DNA of 64,000 bases from the IMG/VR virus record IMGVR_UViG_2627853872_000003. One strand, 5' to 3'. The stretch comes from a virus (Duplodnaviria > Heunggongvirae > Uroviricota > Caudoviricetes). Of the stretch, positions 9,767 to 18,609 are shown one piece after another. The notes under the pieces were generated by a model, which had not been told where the DNA came from, searched no databases, and worked only from the letters and a program-made list of their open reading frames with translations. Every line of letters starts with the position of its first letter. Position 1 is the first letter of the stretch. The translations under genes and the position numbers were made by a program.

Positions 9767-9945
9767 GCCGCACCGGCCTGTTCAGTGCGGAGCTGACGCT
9801 GAAGGCGCATCAGCGACCTGGTCGTGTCATACACAGACTCTGGGTAGCCGCGCTCGTCCACCAACTTGCCCGCGATGGAAACGACCTCTCGCGGTGTCGA
9901 GGTCGCGGTGAAGCCAAGTTCGACAGCGTTCTCACTAAGGTCCAT
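9763..9945 (-). CDS. Hypothetical small protein
   Basis: ATG at 9945 preceded by AAAGGTGGGG RBS. The ORF-track start at 9960 would be TTG. First gene downstream of palindromic motif copy 1. Confidence 0.5.
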   Translation of the reverse strand: MDLSENAVELGFTATSTPREVVSIAGKLVDERGYPESVYDTTRSLMRLQRQLRTEQAGAA

Positions 9946-9961
9946 TACCCCACCTTTCAAT

Positions 9962-9978
9962 TTCTCTATTTTAGAGAA
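9962..9978. promoter_or_regulatory. 17-bp palindrome TTCTCTATTTTAGAGAA (copy 1), candidate operator/promoter element
   Basis: Perfect 7-bp inverted arms TTCTCTA/TAGAGAA around TTT. Lies in the divergent intergenic region, 17 bp upstream of the minus-strand start at 9945 and about 280 bp upstream of the plus gene at 10258. Confidence 0.7.
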
Positions 9979-10257
9979 TAGATGGTTGGGGTGACAAGCC
10001 GTCCAGCGGCTCGCGACACGCCGAGAGTCGTCAGTTCATCCGATTAGGTCCGATCGCAATTTGGAAGTACCTTCCCAACGGGGCCAGAACTGCTCCCGCG
10101 CCTGGACTCTCGACCAGCTCCGCTCCCCGGCGGCGGCTGACGAGAATCCGCAAGGGCCGAAGAACCTCGTGAAGGTCGCGTTCTGCGTTGCTCTCCCCTT
10201 TTCGTGGTGGGCGCGGGCCGGGGACGCACCGCTCGACGGAAAGGGAGGTCTCCTCTC

Positions 10258-12171
10258 ATGGCATCTGCCACCAATCGCACCGAAATGCTGGCCAAGGCGC
10301 TCATGCGCGCCCGGCCTGACTTCACGCTGCACAACGCCCGCGTTTTCTCTCGTGCAGTTATCGATGCGCCCGAGATCGTGTTCGGCGCCAAGCCTCTGAA
10401 ATACCTGCCTCGCGACACCGACCATGACGGCCCCGTCCGGTTCCCACTTGACGAGTTCGCGCAAGTCGGCGGCCCCCACGGCGCGATCATGGGAATCCCC
10501 AGTTACTGGAAGCCGCGCGTCACACGCTTCGCCGAACCACGGGACCACACACCACATGCGCGCCGGGACGCTCTCGCCGGGACGCAGCGACCTTCGAAAG
10601 CCGCGGCAGCCTGGTCCCAGGTAGCACTCACCGATGCTCGCCCAGGCGACCTGATACTCGACCCGGGTGGGGACGTTCTCGGCGTGGTGGTGGCCAACGG
10701 ACAGGTGTCCGTTGGCGGAAGCTGGAAACCACTGCCTGAGGTCATCCAGGCAGGTGGTTCTGTGCATCGCGTTGATGTACGCCACCTCGACCCTCTAGCT
10801 GAGCTGAAGCCGGGCGACGCCCGGGCTTGCATGCTGGCGCAGCTGCTGCCTTTGTTCGGCTGGGAGCCAACCTCAGCCGAGGCCATCTTCCTCGACAAAG
10901 TTCTCGCGGAGGATTTTCGGAAGCCACGAGGAATCGAGACGTTGCCCGAGCTGGTGCGCTGGCTGGATACCGCTGGCGAGCCGGAGGCTCGGCAGTTGCG
11001 TGAAGTGTTGCGCTTCTGGATCACTGATCCGAGCCCCTCCGCACCGACGAAAATCGACATTCGGGAACCGAACCCGCCTGCGTCGACCGACACTTCGAAG
11101 GCAAGAAGCATGATCGAGACACTGGCAGGGAGCCATTGGGACGAGCCGATACTGAAACTGTGGCCGCCGCAATCGTCGAAGCCACAGGTGCAGGCGAACG
11201 ATGCGGACCCACTGAATGACTACTGGCCCGATGAAAGTGCCGATGTCGCCGCGATCGTCGCAGACGCCGGCGGTGTCATGCCCCTCAGTGCCTTGTTCGA
11301 CCAACTCCACACGGCGCTGTCAGCGGCCAGCACGATCGTCCTTGGTGCGCTCAGTCGCGGCGACGTGTCATTGAACCCCGATCGCACCGTGACATTGCCC
11401 AACCGACAGCTGAAATCGTTTGAAACCACCACCAACAACGCCCAGTTCATCGCCGCAGTCCAGCTGGCGCGCGAGATGGAACGGCTCCCGGCACCATCAC
11501 CACATCCGTTGCCCACCGCTACCCCTAGTGCGCGCGAGCACGCGGCTTTTCCACTCGGGGTGGGTGCCACCGGTGAGCCAGTCACCTATAGCCCCGCTGC
11601 GGATGGACACTTGCTGGTATTCGGCGGCGCAGGCCGCGGTAAATCGATGCTGGTGCGAGGGTTGGTCCGGGACGCGCTAGCCACTAACTGGTGGGGTGCC
11701 AGACACCTTAATTCGCGGAAAGATCCGGACGCGGTTCTCGACCAAATCAGGGGAGTTCACGCAGAGATAGAGATACGCCGTGCCAATCCGAAACTCCACA
11801 AGCCCGAGCTCTTGGCGCTCGACGACGCACTGTGGGCTCACTTCGATGCGCCACAACGCGAAGAGCTACACACCCTGGTTACAGAACTGCTGTCCACCGG
11901 GCGCGAACTGGGTCTCCACCTGGTGCTGATCACCCTGACACTGGATAACGAGGAGAGATTCCCATCTCGGTGGCTCGACTTGTGCTCGACGGTGCTGCTG
12001 ACCTCCAAACCAACCCACGACGACGCGGTAAAGCTCATGGGCGATGATGCGGCTCAGCTTCCGCCATCAGGCTGGGACGGTTCTGGAAAGATGCTGCTGG
12101 TTCGCCGCTTGACCGGTGTATCGAGACCGCTACGCGCGTACACGCAAGCCGACAAGTACAAGGGGTACTGA
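10258..12171 (+). CDS. FtsK/SpoIIIE-family ATPase (TraB-like DNA translocase domain at C-terminus)
   Basis: Start ATG 10258 with AAGGGAGG RBS. Walker A at LLVFGGAGRGKSMLVRGL, Walker B-like GLHLVLITL. Large uncharacterised N-terminal domain. Confidence 0.75.
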   Translation: MASATNRTEMLAKALMRARPDFTLHNARVFSRAVIDAPEIVFGAKPLKYLPRDTDHDGPVRFPLDEFAQVGGPHGAIMGIPSYWKPRVTRFAEPRDHTPHARRDALAGTQRPSKAAAAWSQVALTDARPGDLILDPGGDVLGVVVANGQVSVGGSWKPLPEVIQAGGSVHRVDVRHLDPLAELKPGDARACMLAQLLPLFGWEPTSAEAIFLDKVLAEDFRKPRGIETLPELVRWLDTAGEPEARQLREVLRFWITDPSPSAPTKIDIREPNPPASTDTSKARSMIETLAGSHWDEPILKLWPPQSSKPQVQANDADPLNDYWPDESADVAAIVADAGGVMPLSALFDQLHTALSAASTIVLGALSRGDVSLNPDRTVTLPNRQLKSFETTTNNAQFIAAVQLAREMERLPAPSPHPLPTATPSAREHAAFPLGVGATGEPVTYSPAADGHLLVFGGAGRGKSMLVRGLVRDALATNWWGARHLNSRKDPDAVLDQIRGVHAEIEIRRANPKLHKPELLALDDALWAHFDAPQREELHTLVTELLSTGRELGLHLVLITLTLDNEERFPSRWLDLCSTVLLTSKPTHDDAVKLMGDDAAQLPPSGWDGSGKMLLVRRLTGVSRPLRAYTQADKYKGY

Positions 12172-12197
12172 CCTGGGAGCGACGTCATGTCCTCGAG

Positions 12198-12995
12198 TTA
12201 AAGCTCCTTGACGATCCTGATCTCGCCGGGAAGTGGTTCGGAGTCGACCAGCCGTGTGTCCAGCATGATCGCGACAGTGGCGTTCTGTCGGCGCAGAGCT
12301 TCAGCCCTGTGCTGTCCGTTGCCAAAGCGTGGCGGCTCATCCGGCTCAACAATGAGTCGGATGGGCTTGCGCCAAAACGACTGTGCGGCTTTCGCGAGGT
12401 CGCGCGGAACATGTGCTGGAAGGTCGGGCGGGAACTTCGATCCGGACGACAGACACTCCGCAGCCAGGGACACTGCGGCCGCCCAGTCAACGGCCATGAA
12501 CTTGTTCATATCGCGGAACAGATCGCCCTCCGGGAGTTCACACACTGCGACCTTCCGAAGAACCTCCAAGTGCGTGACTGGCGGATCTTGCAACGGAACG
12601 AAGCCAATCCCTTCATCCCATTCGGCTCCGAGCTGATTCAGCACAATGAGGTCGTGCTGGGAAATGTCGGTGAGACCCAGATACCTTCCGTCAGTGTCGA
12701 ACTCAGTGATGATTACTTCCCGCTCCGCATCGAACGCCGCCTTCGAACCCAACAGGTTGAAGATCACGACGGGTGGATGATGTGCATCTGAGAAGAACTC
12801 TCGCCATGCGGCCGAGCGATACTCCGCGGCGGCGACGTCGGGGCTCGCGTCGACGTCCCCATCGCGGAGCGTGATCAACGCGATGTCGCGCCCTTCCCGA
12901 TCGCGGAAAGTCTGAATACGCGCAGTGCCGCTGCCGTATTGATGGCTAGTCACCCACATGTGTACGTCGGCGCGTCGACCCGGTGCGATGTCCAT
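12198..12995 (-). CDS. Hypothetical protein with C-terminal ParB/Srx-like (GNGQHR) motif
   Basis: RFGNGQHRAEALRR near the C-terminus resembles the ParB/sulfiredoxin nuclease-domain motif. Last gene of the minus operon starting at 14352. Confidence 0.5.
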   Translation of the reverse strand: MDIAPGRRADVHMWVTSHQYGSGTARIQTFRDREGRDIALITLRDGDVDASPDVAAAEYRSAAWREFFSDAHHPPVVIFNLLGSKAAFDAEREVIITEFDTDGRYLGLTDISQHDLIVLNQLGAEWDEGIGFVPLQDPPVTHLEVLRKVAVCELPEGDLFRDMNKFMAVDWAAAVSLAAECLSSGSKFPPDLPAHVPRDLAKAAQSFWRKPIRLIVEPDEPPRFGNGQHRAEALRRQNATVAIMLDTRLVDSEPLPGEIRIVKEL

Positions 12996-13072
12996 GAATC
13001 AAGCTCAACACGGAACCGTGCCGGATTGTGCGTCATCGACCGCCGGCGTGGCGGATCGACGCAGAAGTCCGA

Positions 13073-13642
13073 CTAGCCCGAGCCAGAACCAAACAACCGG
13101 CGCAATCGCTGCTGCCATGACCTGCGGCGCTCTTCTGTTCTCGCCGCATCCATCGTCAGGCCCTGCCGCGGAGGTAGGCGAAAGCGCGAAGCATGATCAT
13201 CGCCCACAGCCAGGAGTTGATCCATGGGAGAGTCGTACCTACTGATGATCACCATCGGATCCGCGCCGGCGCGGCTAGCCATCTCCTCGGCCATTCGGTG
13301 CACGTAATCAATGAATTGGCGCATAGCCGACTCAGGATCGTCCACGGGTGGGCCCGCCGCAAAGGTGCTCGGAATGACCTGCATCGGGCCGTGACTCGCG
13401 CGCAACTCGTAGTGCTCGTCGATGTAAATCTCTCCGGCGGGTTCCTCCGATGGTTCGCGTTCCCCTACCGCGTGGCTTCCAGGGCAGCCGCCGCGGGGCA
13501 GGCCATGCCAGGGCGCACCACACCGGCATGCCGGTACACGCCCCGGCCTAGTCTCGCCGGCGGCTAGCTGACTGTCGATCAAATCGTCAGCTTCCAGCGC
13601 GTTGATCTCGGCGATCACAGCGTCTTCAGGATTTCCTTTCAA
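13073..13642 (-). CDS. Hypothetical protein
   Basis: 189-aa ORF, operon-internal (4-nt overlap with the upstream gene). Confidence 0.5.
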   Translation of the reverse strand: MKGNPEDAVIAEINALEADDLIDSQLAAGETRPGRVPACRCGAPWHGLPRGGCPGSHAVGEREPSEEPAGEIYIDEHYELRASHGPMQVIPSTFAAGPPVDDPESAMRQFIDYVHRMAEEMASRAGADPMVIISRYDSPMDQLLAVGDDHASRFRLPPRQGLTMDAARTEERRRSWQQRLRRLFGSGSG

Positions 13643-14352
13643 CGGCTCGCATCTCCCGCGTCGGCGCGCTCAATCACCGTGATCTTCGGCCGCTGCAATA
13701 CGGTCTGTAGCTGGCCTCGGTACATGCCGGTTCCGCACACTGTTCCGGTGATCTTCACACGATCGCCGCGACCTACGTCGTACAGGCAGCTGGCAGTTCC
13801 CTTGCACATGAGTACCTGACCGGTCTCCAGCGTGAACACAACGATCTTCACGTACTCGGTATGGCCGGTGTAACCGGTGCGTTCGAAGCCAGCCGAGACG
13901 GTCACCGAGGCCTCCAGATCGCGCAGACGCTCCCCTTCTGTTCCAGCCGGAGTGTTGTTCAGGACGGCGCGACGCTCCTGCTCGGCATGCGCTGCTTCCC
14001 ACGCCCAGTCGAATTCGGCGGCGCGTCTCGCGGTTTCAGCCGCCTGTGCAGCCGCCGCTGCTTCGTCGGCCAGCTGCTGTCCGTGCTCACGGAACAGCGC
14101 CTCCAGGCGTGCATCGCGACGGAACATCGACACAGCACGACTGCGCGACACGCGTCCGGCTCCGTCGCAGCCGAAGCAGGTTCCACCCGCCTGGCCGGTG
14201 CTGGTCCACCAGGTGAAGATTCCGCTACCGCCGCACCGGCCACATGTCTCGGTCCAGCAGATGCGATCTGTCGCCGCCTTGCCCGGGTAGGGGTCGACAT
14301 AGGTTTCCACCGTGAATCGGCGCCCCTGGTGAGTGACGACAGCAGTACTCAT
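13639..14352 (-). CDS. Zinc-ribbon / OB-fold-like protein
   Basis: Start MSTAVVTHQ at 14352. CGRCGGSG...CFGCDGAG four-Cys zinc ribbon. C-terminal VKIVVFTLETGQ...VKITGTV looks OB-like. Palindromic motif copy 2 sits 14 bp upstream. Confidence 0.55.
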   Translation of the reverse strand: MSTAVVTHQGRRFTVETYVDPYPGKAATDRICWTETCGRCGGSGIFTWWTSTGQAGGTCFGCDGAGRVSRSRAVSMFRRDARLEALFREHGQQLADEAAAAAQAAETARRAAEFDWAWEAAHAEQERRAVLNNTPAGTEGERLRDLEASVTVSAGFERTGYTGHTEYVKIVVFTLETGQVLMCKGTASCLYDVGRGDRVKITGTVCGTGMYRGQLQTVLQRPKITVIERADAGDASR

Positions 14353-14365
14353 ACGCCTCACTCTA

Positions 14366-14382
14366 TTCTCTATTTTAGAGAA
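14366..14382. promoter_or_regulatory. 17-bp palindrome TTCTCTATTTTAGAGAA (copy 2)
   Basis: Exact copy, preceded by a partial extra half-site ctctat. 14 bp upstream of the minus gene start at 14352. Confidence 0.7.
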
Positions 14383-14464
14383 TTTCAACGGAGAAGGACG
14401 TGCCCCCGTGTCATCACCTATCGAGATGAGCACCACGCGCACCCGTTGGGCGTACACATCGGAG

Positions 14465-14707
14465 CTATCCGATGACCTGCTGCGTCGACTTGGCCGCCAA
14501 AAGCGACAGCTGCGCGATCTGAGCAAGAAGTGCGTCAGAGGCTCCTCGGCTGAGCTTGGTCGGATTGAGGTCCAGACTCAGTCCCACCGAACCGGCTTGT
14601 CCGAAATCGAATCGCAAGCGGCCTTCTGCCGGTCCAGAGGCGGTCATCACCTCCAGCACTGTCGCTAACGGCTGCGAATCCCACCGCGCGGGCAGCCGAT
14701 CGGTCAC
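14465..14707 (-). CDS. Hypothetical small protein
   Basis: 80-aa ORF. 4-nt overlap with the upstream gene 14704-15558. Confidence 0.4.
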   Translation of the reverse strand: MTDRLPARWDSQPLATVLEVMTASGPAEGRLRFDFGQAGSVGLSLDLNPTKLSRGASDALLAQIAQLSLLAAKSTQQVIG

Positions 14708-15558
14708 TGCACTACTCCTTCAGCCCGCCGGTCCTTCTCGGCCTTCTGGGCTGCAGCGTCGGCTTCGATCGCGTCGAAGGCCGTAAGTAGCCCGAGATGT
14801 GACGGCTTATGAAAAGTCTCCGGATCGAGCATGAGCCACCAGCTCGCGTCGGGCCGGCGCTCCTCCAAAAGTGCGCTGATGGAGCGGTCCCACTGCTCTG
14901 CACCTGAAAGGGCGTCGAAGGCTTTTTCGGCGGCCCAACGCTCTTGGTCGGTTTGGCCGTCGGCGTAGAAGCCGGCCGCAGCGCCTTGCAACCAGGAAAG
15001 GGAAACGCCTTGACTGGTGGTGATGATCGCGGGGCTACGACTGTCCGACCGGAGCAGTTCAGCGGCGCCCTCCCACCCGGATTTGTCGCGCAGGATGTGT
15101 GCCTGCAGTCCGTCGTCAATGATTCCCGCGAGCCAGGATCGGTCCAGTCCCGTGACCAGCAGCCCCTCCTCTGAGTAGGCGTGAATTCGGGTCAGAAGTG
15201 CGATCGGGTCGCTACCTGCAACGACCGCGGTGTTGATCACGAACCCATCGGGACGCTCGGTCTTATCTCCGATACGAATGTCTGCCGAACCGTCCTCGTA
15301 CATCATCCCGGCTAGCGGCGCCCAGTGGGTGAAGGTATCGGTTAATGAGGCTGCGCGACCGTGCATTTGGGCGTTGAACTCTGCTTGCCGGAAAAAGATG
15401 TCCGGCAAGATGCGGCGATTGCGCTCCTGCGTGCGCTGCCCGTCGAGCTCCAGAATCGCCGCCGTGAGTCGCGCAGCCAGCGCAGCACCATATGGTCGTT
15501 CGGCGCCTCGGACGGACGCGCTGCCGTCCCGGGTTGTGAAGTCGATACCGCTCATCAT
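14704..15558 (-). CDS. Hypothetical protein
   Basis: 284-aa ORF with protein-like composition. No motif recognised. Confidence 0.55.
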   Translation of the reverse strand: MMSGIDFTTRDGSASVRGAERPYGAALAARLTAAILELDGQRTQERNRRILPDIFFRQAEFNAQMHGRAASLTDTFTHWAPLAGMMYEDGSADIRIGDKTERPDGFVINTAVVAGSDPIALLTRIHAYSEEGLLVTGLDRSWLAGIIDDGLQAHILRDKSGWEGAAELLRSDSRSPAIITTSQGVSLSWLQGAAAGFYADGQTDQERWAAEKAFDALSGAEQWDRSISALLEERRPDASWWLMLDPETFHKPSHLGLLTAFDAIEADAAAQKAEKDRRAEGVVQ

Positions 15559-15845
15559 GAGTCTCCTTGCGCTACTGGGTGATCGGTGTTAAGTGCCCAG
15601 GGCTCTGCTGGGTTATGGCAATCGGTCGGTTCCGGTGTGATGTCGAAGCGGCAGCACTGGGTGCATTCGGTTGTCCTGCACAGCTCTTCATGTGGGCACG
15701 CACACCCGACATCGGGATCACAGGCATGTTCTCGCGCAGCGGGCTCTGCTTCCGGTCTACCCTCGCTGCCCTTGGCGCCGCAGTCGCGGCAGTACCACCC
15801 CGCGACACCCACCCAGATGTCCGCGTTCCACCCGATGTCAGCCAT
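15555..15845 (-). CDS. Cys-rich small protein
   Basis: 96 aa with CRDCG, CDPDVGCACPHEELCRTTECTQCC. Possible metal-binding. Confidence 0.45.
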   Translation of the reverse strand: MADIGWNADIWVGVAGWYCRDCGAKGSEGRPEAEPAAREHACDPDVGCACPHEELCRTTECTQCCRFDITPEPTDCHNPAEPWALNTDHPVAQGDS

Positions 15846-15869
15846 GTGTGCACCATTCGTTCGGACATC

Positions 15870-16289
15870 TCAGCGGCCGTCACCGGGGTATCGGCAGACA
15901 CGGAATCCGTCGCTGTCGTAGCGCCAGTCCCCGTCAATGAGGATGGTCTTCCCATCAGCGACAGTCCGAAGCACTCGCGTACATGGGACCGAATCGTCGC
16001 CGAATCCGCGGACCGGCCGCGTAACTTCGACGGACCACCAATCAGTCCCCTGCCGCACGCGCGTTCCGGACTCACGCGACATGAAATCGTTTAGCTGCTC
16101 AGCTGATTTGAACTCGGACCACTCAATCGGTTGCGGTGGATCGCCTTCGATGAAGTGCCGCAGGCCCGGCGCAATTGCGAACCCAAAAAAGAGCGCCGCC
16201 GCTGTGATCAGCGCCCACGTTGTGATCCCCCGCGTCAGTTTGGCAGTCACAATGCGGACCAACATCGGACGCTTCTGTTCATCATTCAC
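15870..16289 (-). CDS. Membrane-anchored hypothetical protein
   Basis: N-terminal TM helix WALITAAALFFGFAIAPGL followed by a soluble domain. Confidence 0.5.
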   Translation of the reverse strand: MNDEQKRPMLVRIVTAKLTRGITTWALITAAALFFGFAIAPGLRHFIEGDPPQPIEWSEFKSAEQLNDFMSRESGTRVRQGTDWWSVEVTRPVRGFGDDSVPCTRVLRTVADGKTILIDGDWRYDSDGFRVCRYPGDGR

Positions 16290-17010
16290 GTTCGGTTCTC
16301 CTTTCTCGGAGTTCTACTTTGAGCGCCGCAGTAAGGCCGGCCCACGTAACCGGGTCAAGACCGGAGACCAGCTCGCTGAAGGCCTCGACCCATCCAGCGC
16401 CGTGAATCTTGTGGAGCTCATATGCCGCGTCTCTGAGCCGGTCCAGGTCCACCGGTTCAACGTGCTCAGCCTCCGGGAACATCTCGGCTGGATTGAACGT
16501 CCGGTCAGAGACGAAGCTCATGAACACGATGCCGTGTAGGCACATGTTTCGGCCGATCAGTTCGCGGCGTAACGCTACGGCGAGTTGGTCGCGCGCCGGA
16601 GACGACAGGGGGGCAATCGCACGTAGCGATTGATTGAACCAGTGGGCTCCGATGTATCCAGAGCCTCCCGGGTGCGGCCCGTCGTCCCGGCGGCCCGTCA
16701 ACTCTGAAATGATCCGCGCCAGAAGCGGGGTCGTACGGCAGATTCGTCCGCCGATCCACCACCACGGGTGATCCAATCGCAGGCGCCACACATGGAAGGT
16801 GTCGTCGTTGGAGACCAGCAGAGCAAGATCGCCCATCTTCTCGCGCCCGCCTGCCAATGCAACGGTGACCGGATCAGTTGAGCGCATGTGGTGGTTGTGT
16901 TTGAACCCCGGATTGGTTTCAGCGAGTGCGCCATACAGATCCAGCAGCAGTACGGCCCGCCTGTGCGCCTCCGCGCTTGGAATTACGCCGGAAGCTGTCA
17001 TACGTGTCAC
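16282..17010 (-). CDS. Hypothetical protein
   Basis: 242-aa ORF within the minus operon. Confidence 0.5.
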   Translation of the reverse strand: MTRMTASGVIPSAEAHRRAVLLLDLYGALAETNPGFKHNHHMRSTDPVTVALAGGREKMGDLALLVSNDDTFHVWRLRLDHPWWWIGGRICRTTPLLARIISELTGRRDDGPHPGGSGYIGAHWFNQSLRAIAPLSSPARDQLAVALRRELIGRNMCLHGIVFMSFVSDRTFNPAEMFPEAEHVEPVDLDRLRDAAYELHKIHGAGWVEAFSELVSGLDPVTWAGLTAALKVELRERRTERE

Positions 17011-17429
17011 TGATCGCCCTCTGGCACCGATCCGAGGTTCGACATGAGTTGACCGAGTCGGACTAGATCGCGGTCTTTCTGAGTGGGTAGTGCCGCTATG
17101 GCGCGAATGTGCTCGGATTTCAGTTCTTCGCGACTTCTGCGAAGGTGCTGAACACTCAGCTTGATCGGATCTGTTTCCGGTGGAAGGCGCTGATCCTCAG
17201 GGATGTCTTTCTCAGATTTGTAGATCTGCGGACACATCGTCGCGGCTTTGAGGCACCCGCGCGCAGCCTCGATCTGCTCATCGGACCACTGATCAGTAGG
17301 GGCGGTTGTGTCGGCATTCACGACTACCGACCGCGTCACTTCTGCCCGGGAATCGCGACGACCGCGCCCGCGCTGCCTGGCCAGCAGCCGGCAGGGCTGC
17401 CGCCCTTCTCGCGCACCAGATCCAGGCAC
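17007..17429 (-). CDS. Hypothetical protein (start uncertain; overlaps SPFH gene 3' end)
   Basis: True start may be the internal MCPQIYKSEKD (about 17237). Confidence 0.4.
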   Translation of the reverse strand: MPGSGAREGRQPCRLLARQRGRGRRDSRAEVTRSVVVNADTTAPTDQWSDEQIEAARGCLKAATMCPQIYKSEKDIPEDQRLPPETDPIKLSVQHLRRSREELKSEHIRAIAALPTQKDRDLVRLGQLMSNLGSVPEGDQ

Positions 17430-18271
17430 TTGCTCACCAAGACGTTCGGGTCGTGACTCACCGACTGGGACAGGATGCGGTTCGCTTCAGCCTCTGCCTC
17501 TGCGGTCTTCTGCCGCTGCAGCGCGATCTTGGTGTTGGCGATTTCGGTCTGTAGGTTGTTGATCGACTGCTGGGTGCGGTCATCGAAGTGAATGACTGGG
17601 ATGTTGACGCCGATCACCTCGATGCGGTTGCCTACCTTGGCCTTGAGCTTGTCAAGCACCATGGTGGCCAGCTTGCCGTTGATAGCTCCGTCGCCCTCGC
17701 CGACTTGAGTCAGTGGGTTGTACCCGGCGAGTACATCGTTGATCGCGGCAGTGAACTCACGGGTCACGAGGTTGTCGCGAATCGCGTCGAAGCCCCGGTA
17801 ATCCTGGAACAGGCTGGGCGCTGCCTCGGGCTTCAGACGCCACACCACGGTCGAGTCGACGCGTGCGGTCGAGTTGTTGCCCAATCGCGCGTCAATGGCG
17901 GTCTTCTTATCGCCTTCGTCGATGTGGTTGTCCGTCTGGATCGCGCCATCCAGTTCAGTGACTTCCTGCCAGGGCGCGGTGAGATGCAGTCCGTTGTCGA
18001 GGAACTGACTCGGCCGGCCGAAGGTCGTGACCACACCGATGTTCTTGGTGCTTACCAGCGTGATGCTCGACAAGACCAGACTCAGGACCGCCACAAAACC
18101 GACGACGGCGCTCACGCACCACGCCCAGAAGCTCGTGTCCGCTTTCTTCTCGTACACGCTCTGGGCTCCCCTCCGTTCTGCGAGCCTGGCCTGCCGGCCC
18201 GACCTGACAGCTACAGCGAAAGCGCCGATTGCGATCAGAAACAGAATGGCGATGATGATCGTGGTCCCCAC
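17336..18271 (-). CDS. SPFH/band-7 (stomatin/prohibitin-like) membrane protein
   Basis: Two N-terminal TM helices, then the SPFH core KNIGVVTTFGRP...LHLTAPWQEVTELDGAIQTD, then a coiled-coil tail (ALQRQKTAEAEAEANRIL). Confidence 0.7.
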   Translation of the reverse strand: MGTTIIIAILFLIAIGAFAVAVRSGRQARLAERRGAQSVYEKKADTSFWAWCVSAVVGFVAVLSLVLSSITLVSTKNIGVVTTFGRPSQFLDNGLHLTAPWQEVTELDGAIQTDNHIDEGDKKTAIDARLGNNSTARVDSTVVWRLKPEAAPSLFQDYRGFDAIRDNLVTREFTAAINDVLAGYNPLTQVGEGDGAINGKLATMVLDKLKAKVGNRIEVIGVNIPVIHFDDRTQQSINNLQTEIANTKIALQRQKTAEAEAEANRILSQSVSHDPNVLVSKCLDLVREKGGSPAGCWPGSAGAVVAIPGQK

Positions 18272-18328
18272 GAGAGAACTCCTTTTCGGTTTTAGCCGCG
18301 CACATCGCGACGTATCGACCCGATCGTA

Positions 18329-18345
18329 TTCTCTGTTTTAGAGAA
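18329..18345. promoter_or_regulatory. 17-bp palindrome variant TTCTCTGTTTTAGAGAA (copy 3)
   Basis: One mismatch from the consensus. Divergent intergenic region between the SPFH operon (start 18271) and the FtsK-AAA gene (start 18610). Confidence 0.65.
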
Positions 18346-18609
18346 GTCAATTGGGATACGAATCGCTTTCCTTCGGCGTGCCGCGCACTCGTGTCGCATT
18401 CGTCAGCCCCGGATGTGTGCCCGTAGCTTGCCCGTCAATCGCCGCGCCACGTGGCGGGAGCCGTGACGGCCGGGCCGCGACCCCGGTCATTCCGGCGGTC
18501 AGCCCCCCATAGGAGCCGTGGCACCGAATGAACCCTGTCCTCTGCGGATGTGGCAGGTGGTCGCGGCGCCGGTAGCCCACGTCCGCGTGAAGCAGGAGGT
18601 ACATCTCTC